DNA of 53,652 nucleotides from Gammaproteobacteria bacterium (GTDB taxonomy: Bacteria > Pseudomonadota > Gammaproteobacteria > Eutrophobiales > Eutrophobiaceae), in the NCBI GenBank assembly GCA_003645215.1, contig QNEM01000002.1, positions 1-53,652 of the forward strand, in the 5' to 3' direction. Below the pieces are notes generated by a model. It made no database searches. It was not told the DNA's origin and worked only from the letters and a program-made list of their open reading frames with translations. Numbering within the stretch: position 1 is the first letter of the stretch; every line of letters starts with the position of its first letter. Of this stretch, positions 1-8,450 are shown piece after piece. The position numbers and the translations under genes were made by a program.

Positions 1-1
1 G

Positions 2-646
2 GCATTTACCGGTCAGGCATTTATCACCACGGATCTGGATGATAATCAGATCACCGCTTTTCATCCGGGAGCCATGGATTATGCCCATGAGAACACGGTA
101 TTTGATGCAGAGGGGATAAGTATTGGCATAATTTCACCGGATGGGCGCGATGGCATGATTCAACATGCCAGTCAATTTGTAGAAGCAGATATTCCTTTTG
201 TGTTTGATCCCGGACAAGGTTTGCCTATGTTTACGGCAGAGGATCTTAAAAACTTTTTTAAACAGGCGACATGGATCACCGTGAATGATTATGAATGGCA
301 GATGATGCAGGAAAAGACTGATATGACTCCTCACGATGTTGCAGAGCTGGTAGATGCATTAATCGTGACCAAAGGTGGTGAAGGATCATTAATTTATACA
401 ACTGAAAAACGTTATGAAATACCCAGCGCCACACCATCAATACTTGAAGACCCTACAGGTTGTGGTGATGCCTATCGCGCAGGCCTGTTATATGGCCTGA
501 TGAATGATATGGACTGGGAAACCACAGGACGAATTGCCTCACTCATGGGCGCTATAAAAATTGAATGCCATGGCACGCAGAACCATTCGTTTACCATGGA
601 TGAATTCAAAGCTCGATTCAAAGAAGCCTTTGAACGGACTATGTGA
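2..646 (+). CDS. PfkB-family carbohydrate/nucleoside (adenosine-type) kinase, 5' end cut by window edge
   Basis: The frame of ORF 74..646 stays open back to nt 2 (AFTGQAFITTDLDDNQITAFHPGAMD...). C-terminal PfkB signature DPTGCGDAYRAGLLYG. TGA stop at 644-646. Confidence 0.85.
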   Translation, partial: AFTGQAFITTDLDDNQITAFHPGAMDYAHENTVFDAEGISIGIISPDGRDGMIQHASQFVEADIPFVFDPGQGLPMFTAEDLKNFFKQATWITVNDYEWQMMQEKTDMTPHDVAELVDALIVTKGGEGSLIYTTEKRYEIPSATPSILEDPTGCGDAYRAGLLYGLMNDMDWETTGRIASLMGAIKIECHGTQNHSFTMDEFKARFKEAFERTM

Positions 647-712
647 AGCGTTAAAAGTGAAGAGTGAAACGCAATCTTAATACTTTTCACGTTTAACACT
701 TAACGTTTCACC
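643..712. repeat. Heptamer-word inverted-repeat element, copy A (GTGAAG/GTGAAA left arm, TTTCAC right arm)
   Basis: Left arm is atGTGAAGcgttaaaaGTGAAGaGTGAAAcg and right arm is aCTTTTCACgtttaacacttaacgTTTCACc. It shares the core ACTTTTCAC(G/A)(T/C)TT with the copies at 20945 and 38118. The first GTGAAG word contains the pfkB-family stop codon. Confidence 0.7.
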
Positions 713-760
713 TTATGGTTTTCTGCTCCCGTCCGCGCTTATAGTGCACGAAGTCGATAC
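708..760 (-). pseudogene. Relic of a malate synthase G 3' end (last ~15 codons plus stop)
   Basis: nt 721-755 match nt 12972-13006 (the real glcB 3' end) at 31/35 positions in the same orientation. The minus-strand translation DFVHYKRGREQKTIR* compares with glcB EFVLYKRRREQKNI*. Similarity fades further upstream. Confidence 0.6.
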
Positions 761-929
761 ATACTGTGCATTCACCTATATCTCGATCAACATCGGCTTA
801 GTTGATCTAAATCAATTCATTTTTGTGTGACTCTACTAGTCTCGTATGTATGTGCCTCCAGTTTATATAGCTGGGAAGGGCGGGTGTGATGGATGTTCTG
901 TCTTTATTAATAATAGGAGATCATTGATT

Positions 930-1271
930 ATGACAGTACCAGTTATTGAGATAAGTGGAATAGGACCAAAAGCAGCGGAATATCTAAGAAATAACGGGAT
1001 TTTTACTGCTGAGGACTTGCTCAAAGATGGCATTAACTGTCTACAGCAGGTACCGGGGTTTGGTAAAAACAGGGCAGAACAAATACTGGAAGTAATTACT
1101 GTCACGCTCGGTCTTGGCGGTAAAAAATCCAGCGCAAAGCCTGACAAGAAAAAGAAGAAAAAAAGCAAAGATAAAAATAAGAAAAAGTCCGGCAAGAGAA
1201 AGTCTGGCAAGGATAAGAAAAAAAGAGATAAGAAAGGTAAGAAGAAGGATAAGAAAAAAAAGAAAAAGTAA
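930..1271 (+). CDS. Helix-hairpin-helix (2x HhH) protein with a poly-lysine C-terminal tail (histone H1-like)
   Basis: ATG at 930 lies 9 nt after AGGAGA (915-920) and is preferred over the listed 846 start. HhH motifs are ISGIGPKAAEYL and VPGFGKNRAEQIL. By my count the last 49 residues hold 31 K and 2 R. Confidence 0.7.
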   Translation: MTVPVIEISGIGPKAAEYLRNNGIFTAEDLLKDGINCLQQVPGFGKNRAEQILEVITVTLGLGGKKSSAKPDKKKKKKSKDKNKKKSGKRKSGKDKKKRDKKGKKKDKKKKKK

Positions 1272-1337
1272 AGTAAGGTAGAAATTCTAAAAGTCATAGC
1301 TAACACATTAATAAACAGAGATCCTGGGAGATTGAAC

Positions 1338-2222
1338 ATGCCAAAAAATAAAGGCAATAATGCTGAGGCAAACATGAAGGATAAAGTGGACGAAGGGATC
1401 ATGACAGATGGTGAAGTTGATCCAAAACTGCTTGCAAGGAAAAAGAAAAAGCTACCGACGGAATTCTACGAAAAGGAATTGTTCAGGCTTCAGGTAGAAA
1501 TGGTAAAACTTCAGGAATGGATCAAGGAGAAAGACCTGAAGGTTGTGGTTATATTTGAAGGACGTGATGCAGCAGGAAAGGGTGGTGTCATAAAGCGCAT
1601 CACAGAGCATCTGAACCCTCGCGTCTGTCGTATAGCAGCATTACCTGCCCCATCGGAACGGGAAAAAACCCAATGGTACTTCGAGCGATACACTAATTAT
1701 TTGCCATCTGCAGGCGAGATGGTTTTGTTTGACCGTAGCTGGTACAACCGGGCAGGGGTAGAGGTAGTGATGGGATTTTGTACCGATGATGAACACCAGG
1801 AATTTCTGCGTTCCTGCCCGGAATTTGAGCGCATGCTGGTTCGATCCGGGATTATCCTGATTAAGTACTGGTTCTCTGTCAGTCATGGGGAACAGGAAAA
1901 ACGTTTTCAGGGCCGTAGAAAGCAACGGCACAAGTATTGGAAACTAAGTCCCATGGATATGGAATCCAGGGCACGCTGGAAAGAATATTCCAAGGCCAAG
2001 GATGAGATGTTTGCCCATACTGATATCAAGCAGGCACCCTGGTACGTTGTACCGTCGGACGACAAGAAGCGTGCACGACTCAACTGCATGGCACATCTGT
2101 TAAGTATGATCCCGTATGAGGATCTGGTGCCGGAAATTCCGAAACTACCGGCCCTGGGTGATATAGGTGGATATGTTCGCTCGCCTATGCACGATCAGAC
2201 GTTTGTCCCGGAGCTATACTAG
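1338..2222 (+). CDS. ppk2: Polyphosphate kinase 2 (PPK2 family)
   Basis: P-loop FEGRDAAGKGG, FDRSWYNRAG and WKLSPMD motifs typical of PPK2. ATG 1338 lies 7 nt after GGGAG; the listed ORF starts at TTG 1332. Confidence 0.9.
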   Translation: MPKNKGNNAEANMKDKVDEGIMTDGEVDPKLLARKKKKLPTEFYEKELFRLQVEMVKLQEWIKEKDLKVVVIFEGRDAAGKGGVIKRITEHLNPRVCRIAALPAPSEREKTQWYFERYTNYLPSAGEMVLFDRSWYNRAGVEVVMGFCTDDEHQEFLRSCPEFERMLVRSGIILIKYWFSVSHGEQEKRFQGRRKQRHKYWKLSPMDMESRARWKEYSKAKDEMFAHTDIKQAPWYVVPSDDKKRARLNCMAHLLSMIPYEDLVPEIPKLPALGDIGGYVRSPMHDQTFVPELY

Positions 2223-2248
2223 GGAACCGTAAAGAAAACCGGCATATC

Positions 2249-3691
2249 TCACATAAAGAATAGCCGGAGGCCATAAAAGAACGCAATAGCAAGCGCAGCA
2301 CCGGCCGGTATCGTAATCACCCATGAGATAATAATCTCCCGGACGATGCTGAAATTAACAGCGCCAATACCACGGGCGAGACCAACACCGAGAACAGCTC
2401 CAACGAGGGTGTGGGTCGTCGAGATCGGCAGGCCAAGCTTGGTCGCTATAACAATAGTCGTGGCAGCACCGAACTCTGCGCAGAATCCCCTGGTAGGGGT
2501 AAGTTGGGTGATCTTATGACCAATTGTTTCCATTACCCTCCAGCCCCAGGTCGCGAGTCCGATAACAATACCGATACCTCCAAGACCGAGCACCCACAGG
2601 GGAACTGGTGATTCTGCAGCGATACTGGCCCCTCCCGCCATGGCAACGGATATAACCGCCGACATGGGTCCGATTGCATTAGCAACGTCATTTGCCCCAT
2701 GGGCAAAAGCAACTAATGAGGCACTCAGGATCTGAAGATAGACAAAAAGTTTTTCTACCCTTTGATACTCTACGGTATTGGTATGGAATTCATATTTTCG
2801 TTGAGACTCGAAGCGAAGCCGTTTGACTTCGTCTAAGGTATCAGAGAGTTCTCTTTTCATACGTTTTGGTGCAGTAGAATGTACTCGCTCGAGATGTTTA
2901 ATCGCTTTTTCAAGCGCCTTTACGACGCTGGGGTCAGTTACAGCCTCTTGATCATCTTGTTTATCTTCCCCTTCCTGATCTGGCATTAGCGATACCAGCC
3001 ATAGACTAATCAGTGATGCAAGCAGACCTACACCCATGGCAACAACAAGGGCTTCTGGCAGATTTAGATCTAGATTCAGGTTCTTCAGGCCTTTAAAGAC
3101 CAGTGCCAGTGACAATATCGCGAAAACAGTAAAAACAATATAGGGCGCTAACTTTTTTGCAGCTCGAAGTGGATGGTGTTTAAAAAAGATGTGGCGTAAC
3201 AAGAGACGAAAGATGAGGTAGGAAATGATACCACTGAGTAGTGGTGAGACGATCCAGCTCAGGGCTATTTGTCCAACCATGTCCCAATGGACGGCAGAAA
3301 TTCCACCGTAAGCAACACCAAAACCGATCACAGCACCAACAATAGAGTGAGTTGTCGATACCGGCCATCCTTTCAGTGATGCAAATTGTAGCCAAACACC
3401 GGCAGCCAGGAGGGCAGCAAGCATACCGAGCATGAACGACAGGCCGTCACCGGCAAAGAGTGCAGGATCCACGATCCCCTTACGTACCGTCTCAGAGACA
3501 TGCGAGCCGGCCAGGAACGCCCCGCTGAATTCCAGGATTGCGGCTAAAATAACCGCACGGCGTATGGTCAGTGCACCGGAACCGACCGAGGTACCCATGG
3601 CATTGGCGACATCATTGGCACCAATGCCCCAGGCCATATAAAGCCCGAAAATAATTGCCAGGACAAGGATAATGAGAAACTGCGTTTCCAT
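2249..3691 (-). CDS. pit: Inorganic phosphate transporter, PiT family
   Basis: Two PHO4 repeats, each with the GANDVAN signature (GIGANDVANAMGTSVG, HGANDVANAIGP). Polytopic, with a charged central loop. Confidence 0.92.
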   Translation of the reverse strand: METQFLIILVLAIIFGLYMAWGIGANDVANAMGTSVGSGALTIRRAVILAAILEFSGAFLAGSHVSETVRKGIVDPALFAGDGLSFMLGMLAALLAAGVWLQFASLKGWPVSTTHSIVGAVIGFGVAYGGISAVHWDMVGQIALSWIVSPLLSGIISYLIFRLLLRHIFFKHHPLRAAKKLAPYIVFTVFAILSLALVFKGLKNLNLDLNLPEALVVAMGVGLLASLISLWLVSLMPDQEGEDKQDDQEAVTDPSVVKALEKAIKHLERVHSTAPKRMKRELSDTLDEVKRLRFESQRKYEFHTNTVEYQRVEKLFVYLQILSASLVAFAHGANDVANAIGPMSAVISVAMAGGASIAAESPVPLWVLGLGGIGIVIGLATWGWRVMETIGHKITQLTPTRGFCAEFGAATTIVIATKLGLPISTTHTLVGAVLGVGLARGIGAVNFSIVREIIISWVITIPAGAALAIAFFYGLRLFFM

Positions 3692-3738
3692 TGCTTAATC
3701 GTTATGTCTGATTGTGTTGATTATTTACTGGATGTAAT

Positions 3739-4413
3739 TTAATGGGATTCAAGTGTCATGCGAACCGAAGATGTAAGTTCCTCACATCGATCCGCGAGAC
3801 GTGCAACTTGCCTGATAATGCTGGTCCACAGGAAAAAATCACCGTGTGATATATCATCCTCGTGTGCCAGCATACTGCGTAACAATTCTCTCTGGATGAC
3901 ATCTGTTTCGTACTCTTTGTGTGCGACCTTGTCGACGAGTTCCTGGACGGTCTGTGCCTGAATACCACCAAAACCTGTTTCCAGAAGTTCGTCCAACTGG
4001 GCAATGACGCTGTGTGTCAATGTAAATGCTTCAAGGCTTTTGCTTACCAGGTCATTGAAGCCTGTTTCAAATCCTTCAAAGGTGTTGGCCTGCTTGAAGG
4101 TGAGTAACACAGCGAGATTCTCGGCACGGTTCGCTATGCTGTCCTGAACCTTGAGTATACGCAGGAGGTTCGCACGATCGACAGGCATAAATATGCCTCG
4201 CGGTAGATTGTTACGTATATCGTGTTTAATAAGATCTGCGGCGTGCTCCAGACGCGAGATTTTTTTTGCGAGAGATTTGACTTCAGACTTATCCTGACGA
4301 TGGTAGGCATCTATTATCTCCGGAATTTTAGCCACACATTCAGCCACTTTTTCCATATGCATTTGTAATGGAACAAAGGGAGATCGGCCAAAAACTTTTG
4401 CTATGCTACGCAT
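3739..4413 (-). CDS. DUF47/TIGR00153 PhoU-like phosphate transport regulator (PiT partner)
   Basis: 224-aa helical protein directly upstream of pit in the same operon. This is the classic ykaA-pit type pairing, and the sequence looks like the PhoU-like DUF47 family. Confidence 0.85.
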   Translation of the reverse strand: MRSIAKVFGRSPFVPLQMHMEKVAECVAKIPEIIDAYHRQDKSEVKSLAKKISRLEHAADLIKHDIRNNLPRGIFMPVDRANLLRILKVQDSIANRAENLAVLLTFKQANTFEGFETGFNDLVSKSLEAFTLTHSVIAQLDELLETGFGGIQAQTVQELVDKVAHKEYETDVIQRELLRSMLAHEDDISHGDFFLWTSIIRQVARLADRCEELTSSVRMTLESH

Positions 4414-4466
4414 GGTAGTGCTCCTCTATACAGGGATGAACGACATACAAGATTACAAGTATGGTA

Positions 4467-6005
4467 CTATTTTTCAAATTGGTCACTAGAAACATTATTA
4501 CTGGACTCTTCATTAATTTTCAGCTTGTAAGCTGTTGCAGAGACATAAGCAGCTTCTGTTTCAATATCTATCTCTGTTAATGGATGGTCATCAAGCCAGT
4601 TTTCAGGAAAAATAATCTTTAAATAATTATTCCCTGCTTTAAGTTTAAATTCTGGCAGTGCATCGGAAGATCTGCTGCGATGCAGGAGGATTGAAAACCT
4701 GACAATGATACACAAGCGCAGTATTCGATCGATATTATTTTCCGACATAGATTGAATTTCTTCTAATGGAAATTTGCGCCGATGGCTACGTACCAAAATG
4801 GCAAGTTCTGCCTGTGTCTGCCTTGAAAAGCCAGGCATATCAGAATGGTTTATCAGATATGCTCCATGCCTGTGATACTGGCTGTGAGCAACTGCAATTC
4901 CTATTTGATGTAATCTGATTGCCCATTTGATTAATTTCAGATCCTGCTTCTTGTCAAGTTGCCAATCAGCTTGTACTTGATCAAAACAATTCCTGGCAGT
5001 TATTTCTATTAATTTTACATGGTCTATATCTACAGAATAGCGGGCCATAAAATTATTAACTGTTGCGACCCGAACATCCTTGTTTTGAACCCTGCCTATC
5101 AAATCATGCAGTAAGCCCTCTCGTAGTGCCCCATCAGAAATAGATATTGATTCCAGATCGAGTGCCTCAAACACAGCAGATAATACCGCAACACCTCCAG
5201 GCAATATGGACTTCTGATTATTTGGAATAGATTCAAATCTGAGTTTCTTGATATGGCCTGCATTTATCATAACATCTGTTAATTTATCCAGAGATTCCCT
5301 GGTAATGCCAACATCACACCAGGATTTTTCCATGGCTATCTCATTTATTCTCAGGACTGCACCTGATGCTCCAAGCGCAACTTCCCATCCCATATTTTTA
5401 TATATTGTTCCTATTGTCTCCAGCTCCTGTCGACAGTGTAAAATAGCCTTGCACATTTTCTTTGCCGTGATTTCCCCATCATTGAAATAACGTTTGCTGA
5501 CACTGACAGAGCCCATATAAAGGCTTTCAGACAATATTGGCTCATAGCCCTGGCCAATAATGATTTCTGTACTACCACCGCCGATGTCAACAACAAGACA
5601 CTTTTTATTGTCCTGGAAAGCAGAATGAGCCACTCCCAGAAAAATTAACCGGGCTTCCTCAATACCTGAAATGATTTCTATCGGATGATCCAGTGCCAGT
5701 CTGGCTTTGTTTAAAAAAATATTACTATTGATTGCCAGTCGTAGGGCATTGGTTCCGACAGCATGTACATTCTCGTGAGGAATCTCATTTATCCTTTGAC
5801 CAAACCTCTCTAAAGCCTTCAGGGCATCTTCCATGGTTTCATCGCTAAGCATATTATGCTTATCAAGGCCACCAGCAAGTCTGACCGTGTCTTTAATGCG
5901 ATCAATTACCTGAATTTGATTATTATCGTTCTTGGCAACGATCATATGAAAGCTGTTTGAGCCTAAGTCGATAGCAGCATATATGTTGGGTTCAGATAGT
6001 GACAT
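4467..6005 (-). CDS. ppx: Exopolyphosphatase (Ppx/GppA family)
   Basis: ASKHA-fold motifs AIDLGSNSFHM and VVDIGGGSTE. 512 aa with a C-terminal HD-like helical domain. Confidence 0.92.
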   Translation of the reverse strand: MSLSEPNIYAAIDLGSNSFHMIVAKNDNNQIQVIDRIKDTVRLAGGLDKHNMLSDETMEDALKALERFGQRINEIPHENVHAVGTNALRLAINSNIFLNKARLALDHPIEIISGIEEARLIFLGVAHSAFQDNKKCLVVDIGGGSTEIIIGQGYEPILSESLYMGSVSVSKRYFNDGEITAKKMCKAILHCRQELETIGTIYKNMGWEVALGASGAVLRINEIAMEKSWCDVGITRESLDKLTDVMINAGHIKKLRFESIPNNQKSILPGGVAVLSAVFEALDLESISISDGALREGLLHDLIGRVQNKDVRVATVNNFMARYSVDIDHVKLIEITARNCFDQVQADWQLDKKQDLKLIKWAIRLHQIGIAVAHSQYHRHGAYLINHSDMPGFSRQTQAELAILVRSHRRKFPLEEIQSMSENNIDRILRLCIIVRFSILLHRSRSSDALPEFKLKAGNNYLKIIFPENWLDDHPLTEIDIETEAAYVSATAYKLKINEESSNNVSSDQFEK

Positions 6006-6025
6006 TTATATAAATAGCAGGAGGT

Positions 6026-7651
6026 TTAATGTTTAACCAGGCTGGCCTTTGTTTTAGATACTTGTCCGATAGTACTATGTAATTTCCGCTGAGATGCAAT
6101 AATATTTTTGTATAGTACAGAATTTGATGGTGACGAAAATTTCCTGAATTTTACATCAAATGCTGATCTTACCTTTTTATTACGTATTGCGAGTCTTGTC
6201 ACCAGCATCTCTATTGCCTTTCTGGTCTCCAGGTCTATTCCAGTTTCATTTTCCATGTCTGATATAAAATGCTGTAATGAATCCTGCTGCACCTGTAAAT
6301 CCTGAAACTCCCCCAGATTGTCCTGCAGATCTTTCAGGTTTCCTATTAATTTTCGCATTTTGTTTTCAGGATAAAGGTTCTGAAAAAATTCATTCAGATA
6401 ACGTAGTTTTTTACATGTCTTACGCAATTCATGAAGTAAGGTAGCAGGAGAATCAGCAACGATGATATTGCCCTCTTTGTATGCCTTGCGGTAGGCACGC
6501 CAGACATGTTCACTGGCAACATTAACAATAGGCAGGTTTGCATTCTTTAGCATTGAATGCTTCGGAGCAGGGGTCTTGAGAAATTTTTCCCAGTCCTGTT
6601 TGAGTTTACGATAACGTACACTGTTCAGGACCTTTACAAGCTGATCATGCTCTTTATGCCTGTGCCGTTGCAGGAACTCGTATAAGGGGGTAATGTCTTC
6701 ACGTACATCTGCCGGTAATTTCTTTTTATATTCATTAAATGACAACAGATAAACATCCATATCACGAGCGGGTCCGCTTACTTCACCAAGCCAGGCAAAA
6801 TCCCTTTTGAACCTTGTTATCCGACGTTTGGGTAATACATTTCTGATTTGACTCAACAAAGAACGGGTGCGACGAACCGCAACGCGGAAATCATGCAGAA
6901 ATTCTGAATCAATGTCTTCTATGATCCCGTTTTCGTTATCTTTCATGGTTTCCAGTAATTGGTAGAAAATATTTTTAACTGCTGTATCTGCACGCTGATC
7001 AGGATCGCTTACTGTTATTATTTGAAGTTTTCTTCCCGGTTCCTTTGCATAATGTTTCAAGGTGGTGATAAGCGGGTCATCAGACAATGGGACAAGATGG
7101 CACTCTTTCTGTAATAAGCGACATGCTTTTTTTATTACCCCTTTATTACCCTTGATTGGGTATAAATGAACGCGCTTGCCAATATTTATATTGCTTTGAT
7201 TATTTTTTACGCAATCATCTTTAGATGGGCAATCACGCTGAAATTCTATACGTAATATGATCTTTCCCTGATCATCATGGACATACGCAATGTGAATACG
7301 CGTAGCAACAGTAGCAACCGGTAACAGGGCACGAAACTCCAATATTTTCTCAAGCTTTGTCTTGATGTCCGATTCTCCCAGATCCCAGACAAATCCTGGA
7401 ATTTGGTCAATTGGGCACCTGCCGTACACTTGTTCTGCTCCCAGTGGACGCCAGGTGAGCCAATTTCCTATCTCATCCATAGCTGATTCCAATACACTAC
7501 CTGCACTGAATATTCGCCAGTCGAATGTATCCAGATAGGTACGGGTAATTACATTAGGCTCCTGAAATTGCAGATTGAGATTTTGCTTCAAAAAAGCCTC
7601 CACCTGCCTGATGGAACCATTCCTGGGTATCTTGAAGATAGTTGTTTTCAC
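6026..7651 (-). CDS. CHAD domain protein with an N-terminal CYTH-like domain (no obvious ExExK motif)
   Basis: CHAD-type basic helices (HDFRVAVRRTRSLL, LHELRKTCKKLRYL). The N-terminal ~200 aa resembles CYTH-CHAD proteins (TYLDTFDWRI) but lacks an N-terminal ExExK. Confidence 0.82.
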   Translation of the reverse strand: MKTTIFKIPRNGSIRQVEAFLKQNLNLQFQEPNVITRTYLDTFDWRIFSAGSVLESAMDEIGNWLTWRPLGAEQVYGRCPIDQIPGFVWDLGESDIKTKLEKILEFRALLPVATVATRIHIAYVHDDQGKIILRIEFQRDCPSKDDCVKNNQSNINIGKRVHLYPIKGNKGVIKKACRLLQKECHLVPLSDDPLITTLKHYAKEPGRKLQIITVSDPDQRADTAVKNIFYQLLETMKDNENGIIEDIDSEFLHDFRVAVRRTRSLLSQIRNVLPKRRITRFKRDFAWLGEVSGPARDMDVYLLSFNEYKKKLPADVREDITPLYEFLQRHRHKEHDQLVKVLNSVRYRKLKQDWEKFLKTPAPKHSMLKNANLPIVNVASEHVWRAYRKAYKEGNIIVADSPATLLHELRKTCKKLRYLNEFFQNLYPENKMRKLIGNLKDLQDNLGEFQDLQVQQDSLQHFISDMENETGIDLETRKAIEMLVTRLAIRNKKVRSAFDVKFRKFSSPSNSVLYKNIIASQRKLHSTIGQVSKTKASLVKH

Positions 7652-7888
7652 AGCTTATTCTTTATATGAAAATTGGCAATCCACACAAAACTCCTTAACT
7701 GGATATATAGCTGGAAGATTAAGTAATTTCTGTTGTTTTTTCATTGACCTGAATCAACATCATGCCAAACACTACCGAAAAGTGCCTTGTTAAGCCCCTC
7801 TACGTGTGTTTCCTCACGTTCAGGCAAAAGTTGGAAAGTGTAGAATATCAGGTAATATTGACCTGTTTAAAATTGCAATAGGCAAACA

Positions 7889-8407
7889 ATGAAACGCAGC
7901 CTACTTATCATGCGTCATGGGAAATCTGACTGGAATACCGACAGTCACTCAGACTTCGAACGCCCACTTGCTAAACGTGGCCAGAAAGCAGTGAAGCGTA
8001 TTGGCCAATGGCTAATACAGCAGAAATTGACCCCCGACCACATCATCAGTTCTCCAGCCAATCGCGCACAACAAACAGCAATCGGAATATGCCGGAAACT
8101 AAAGCTTGCCGAATCAAGCATTACCTGGGAGTCGAGGATTTATGGAGCAGAAATGCAAACACTACTCGATGTGCTGGCTGCATGCCCAGCAGAGAAACAG
8201 AGGGTCATGTTAATCGGTCATAATCCTGGTCTTGAGATGTTGCTTCGCTATCTTGCAGTTGACACATTTGAAACCTCTCATGGTCACAATCCCATGCCCA
8301 CTGCAGCACTGGCTTCCCTGGATATGCCGGATAACTGGGAGGATTTAGATGCGGGTGCCGGGGAACTGATTTCTATTATCTACCCCCGTGAACTTGCAGA
8401 TATCTAA
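7889..8407 (+). CDS. sixA: SixA-type phosphohistidine phosphatase (histidine phosphatase superfamily)
   Basis: LIMRHGKS catalytic motif, SPANRAQQT and LIGHNPG motifs; 172 aa. Confidence 0.85.
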   Translation: MKRSLLIMRHGKSDWNTDSHSDFERPLAKRGQKAVKRIGQWLIQQKLTPDHIISSPANRAQQTAIGICRKLKLAESSITWESRIYGAEMQTLLDVLAACPAEKQRVMLIGHNPGLEMLLRYLAVDTFETSHGHNPMPTAALASLDMPDNWEDLDAGAGELISIIYPRELADI

Positions 8408-8450
8408 TATTCCCTTTAACTAAAATATAATAGAAATCTCTGTTTAATAT

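Noticed and set aside
863-1402. 179-aa minus-strand ORF rich in F/L/S
   Set aside because: It is the antisense shadow of the AAG/AAA lysine tract of the HhH-K gene and runs across the ppk2 start. It has low complexity, no SD and no recognisable motif.
7652-7888. Search for PhoB Pho boxes (CTGTCAT-N4-CTGTCAT) in the CHAD/sixA promoter region; also in 10713-10991 and 12780-12961
   Set aside because: I found only partial resemblances (e.g. CTGTTGTTTTTTCATTGA). They are not good enough to call without a PWM scan.
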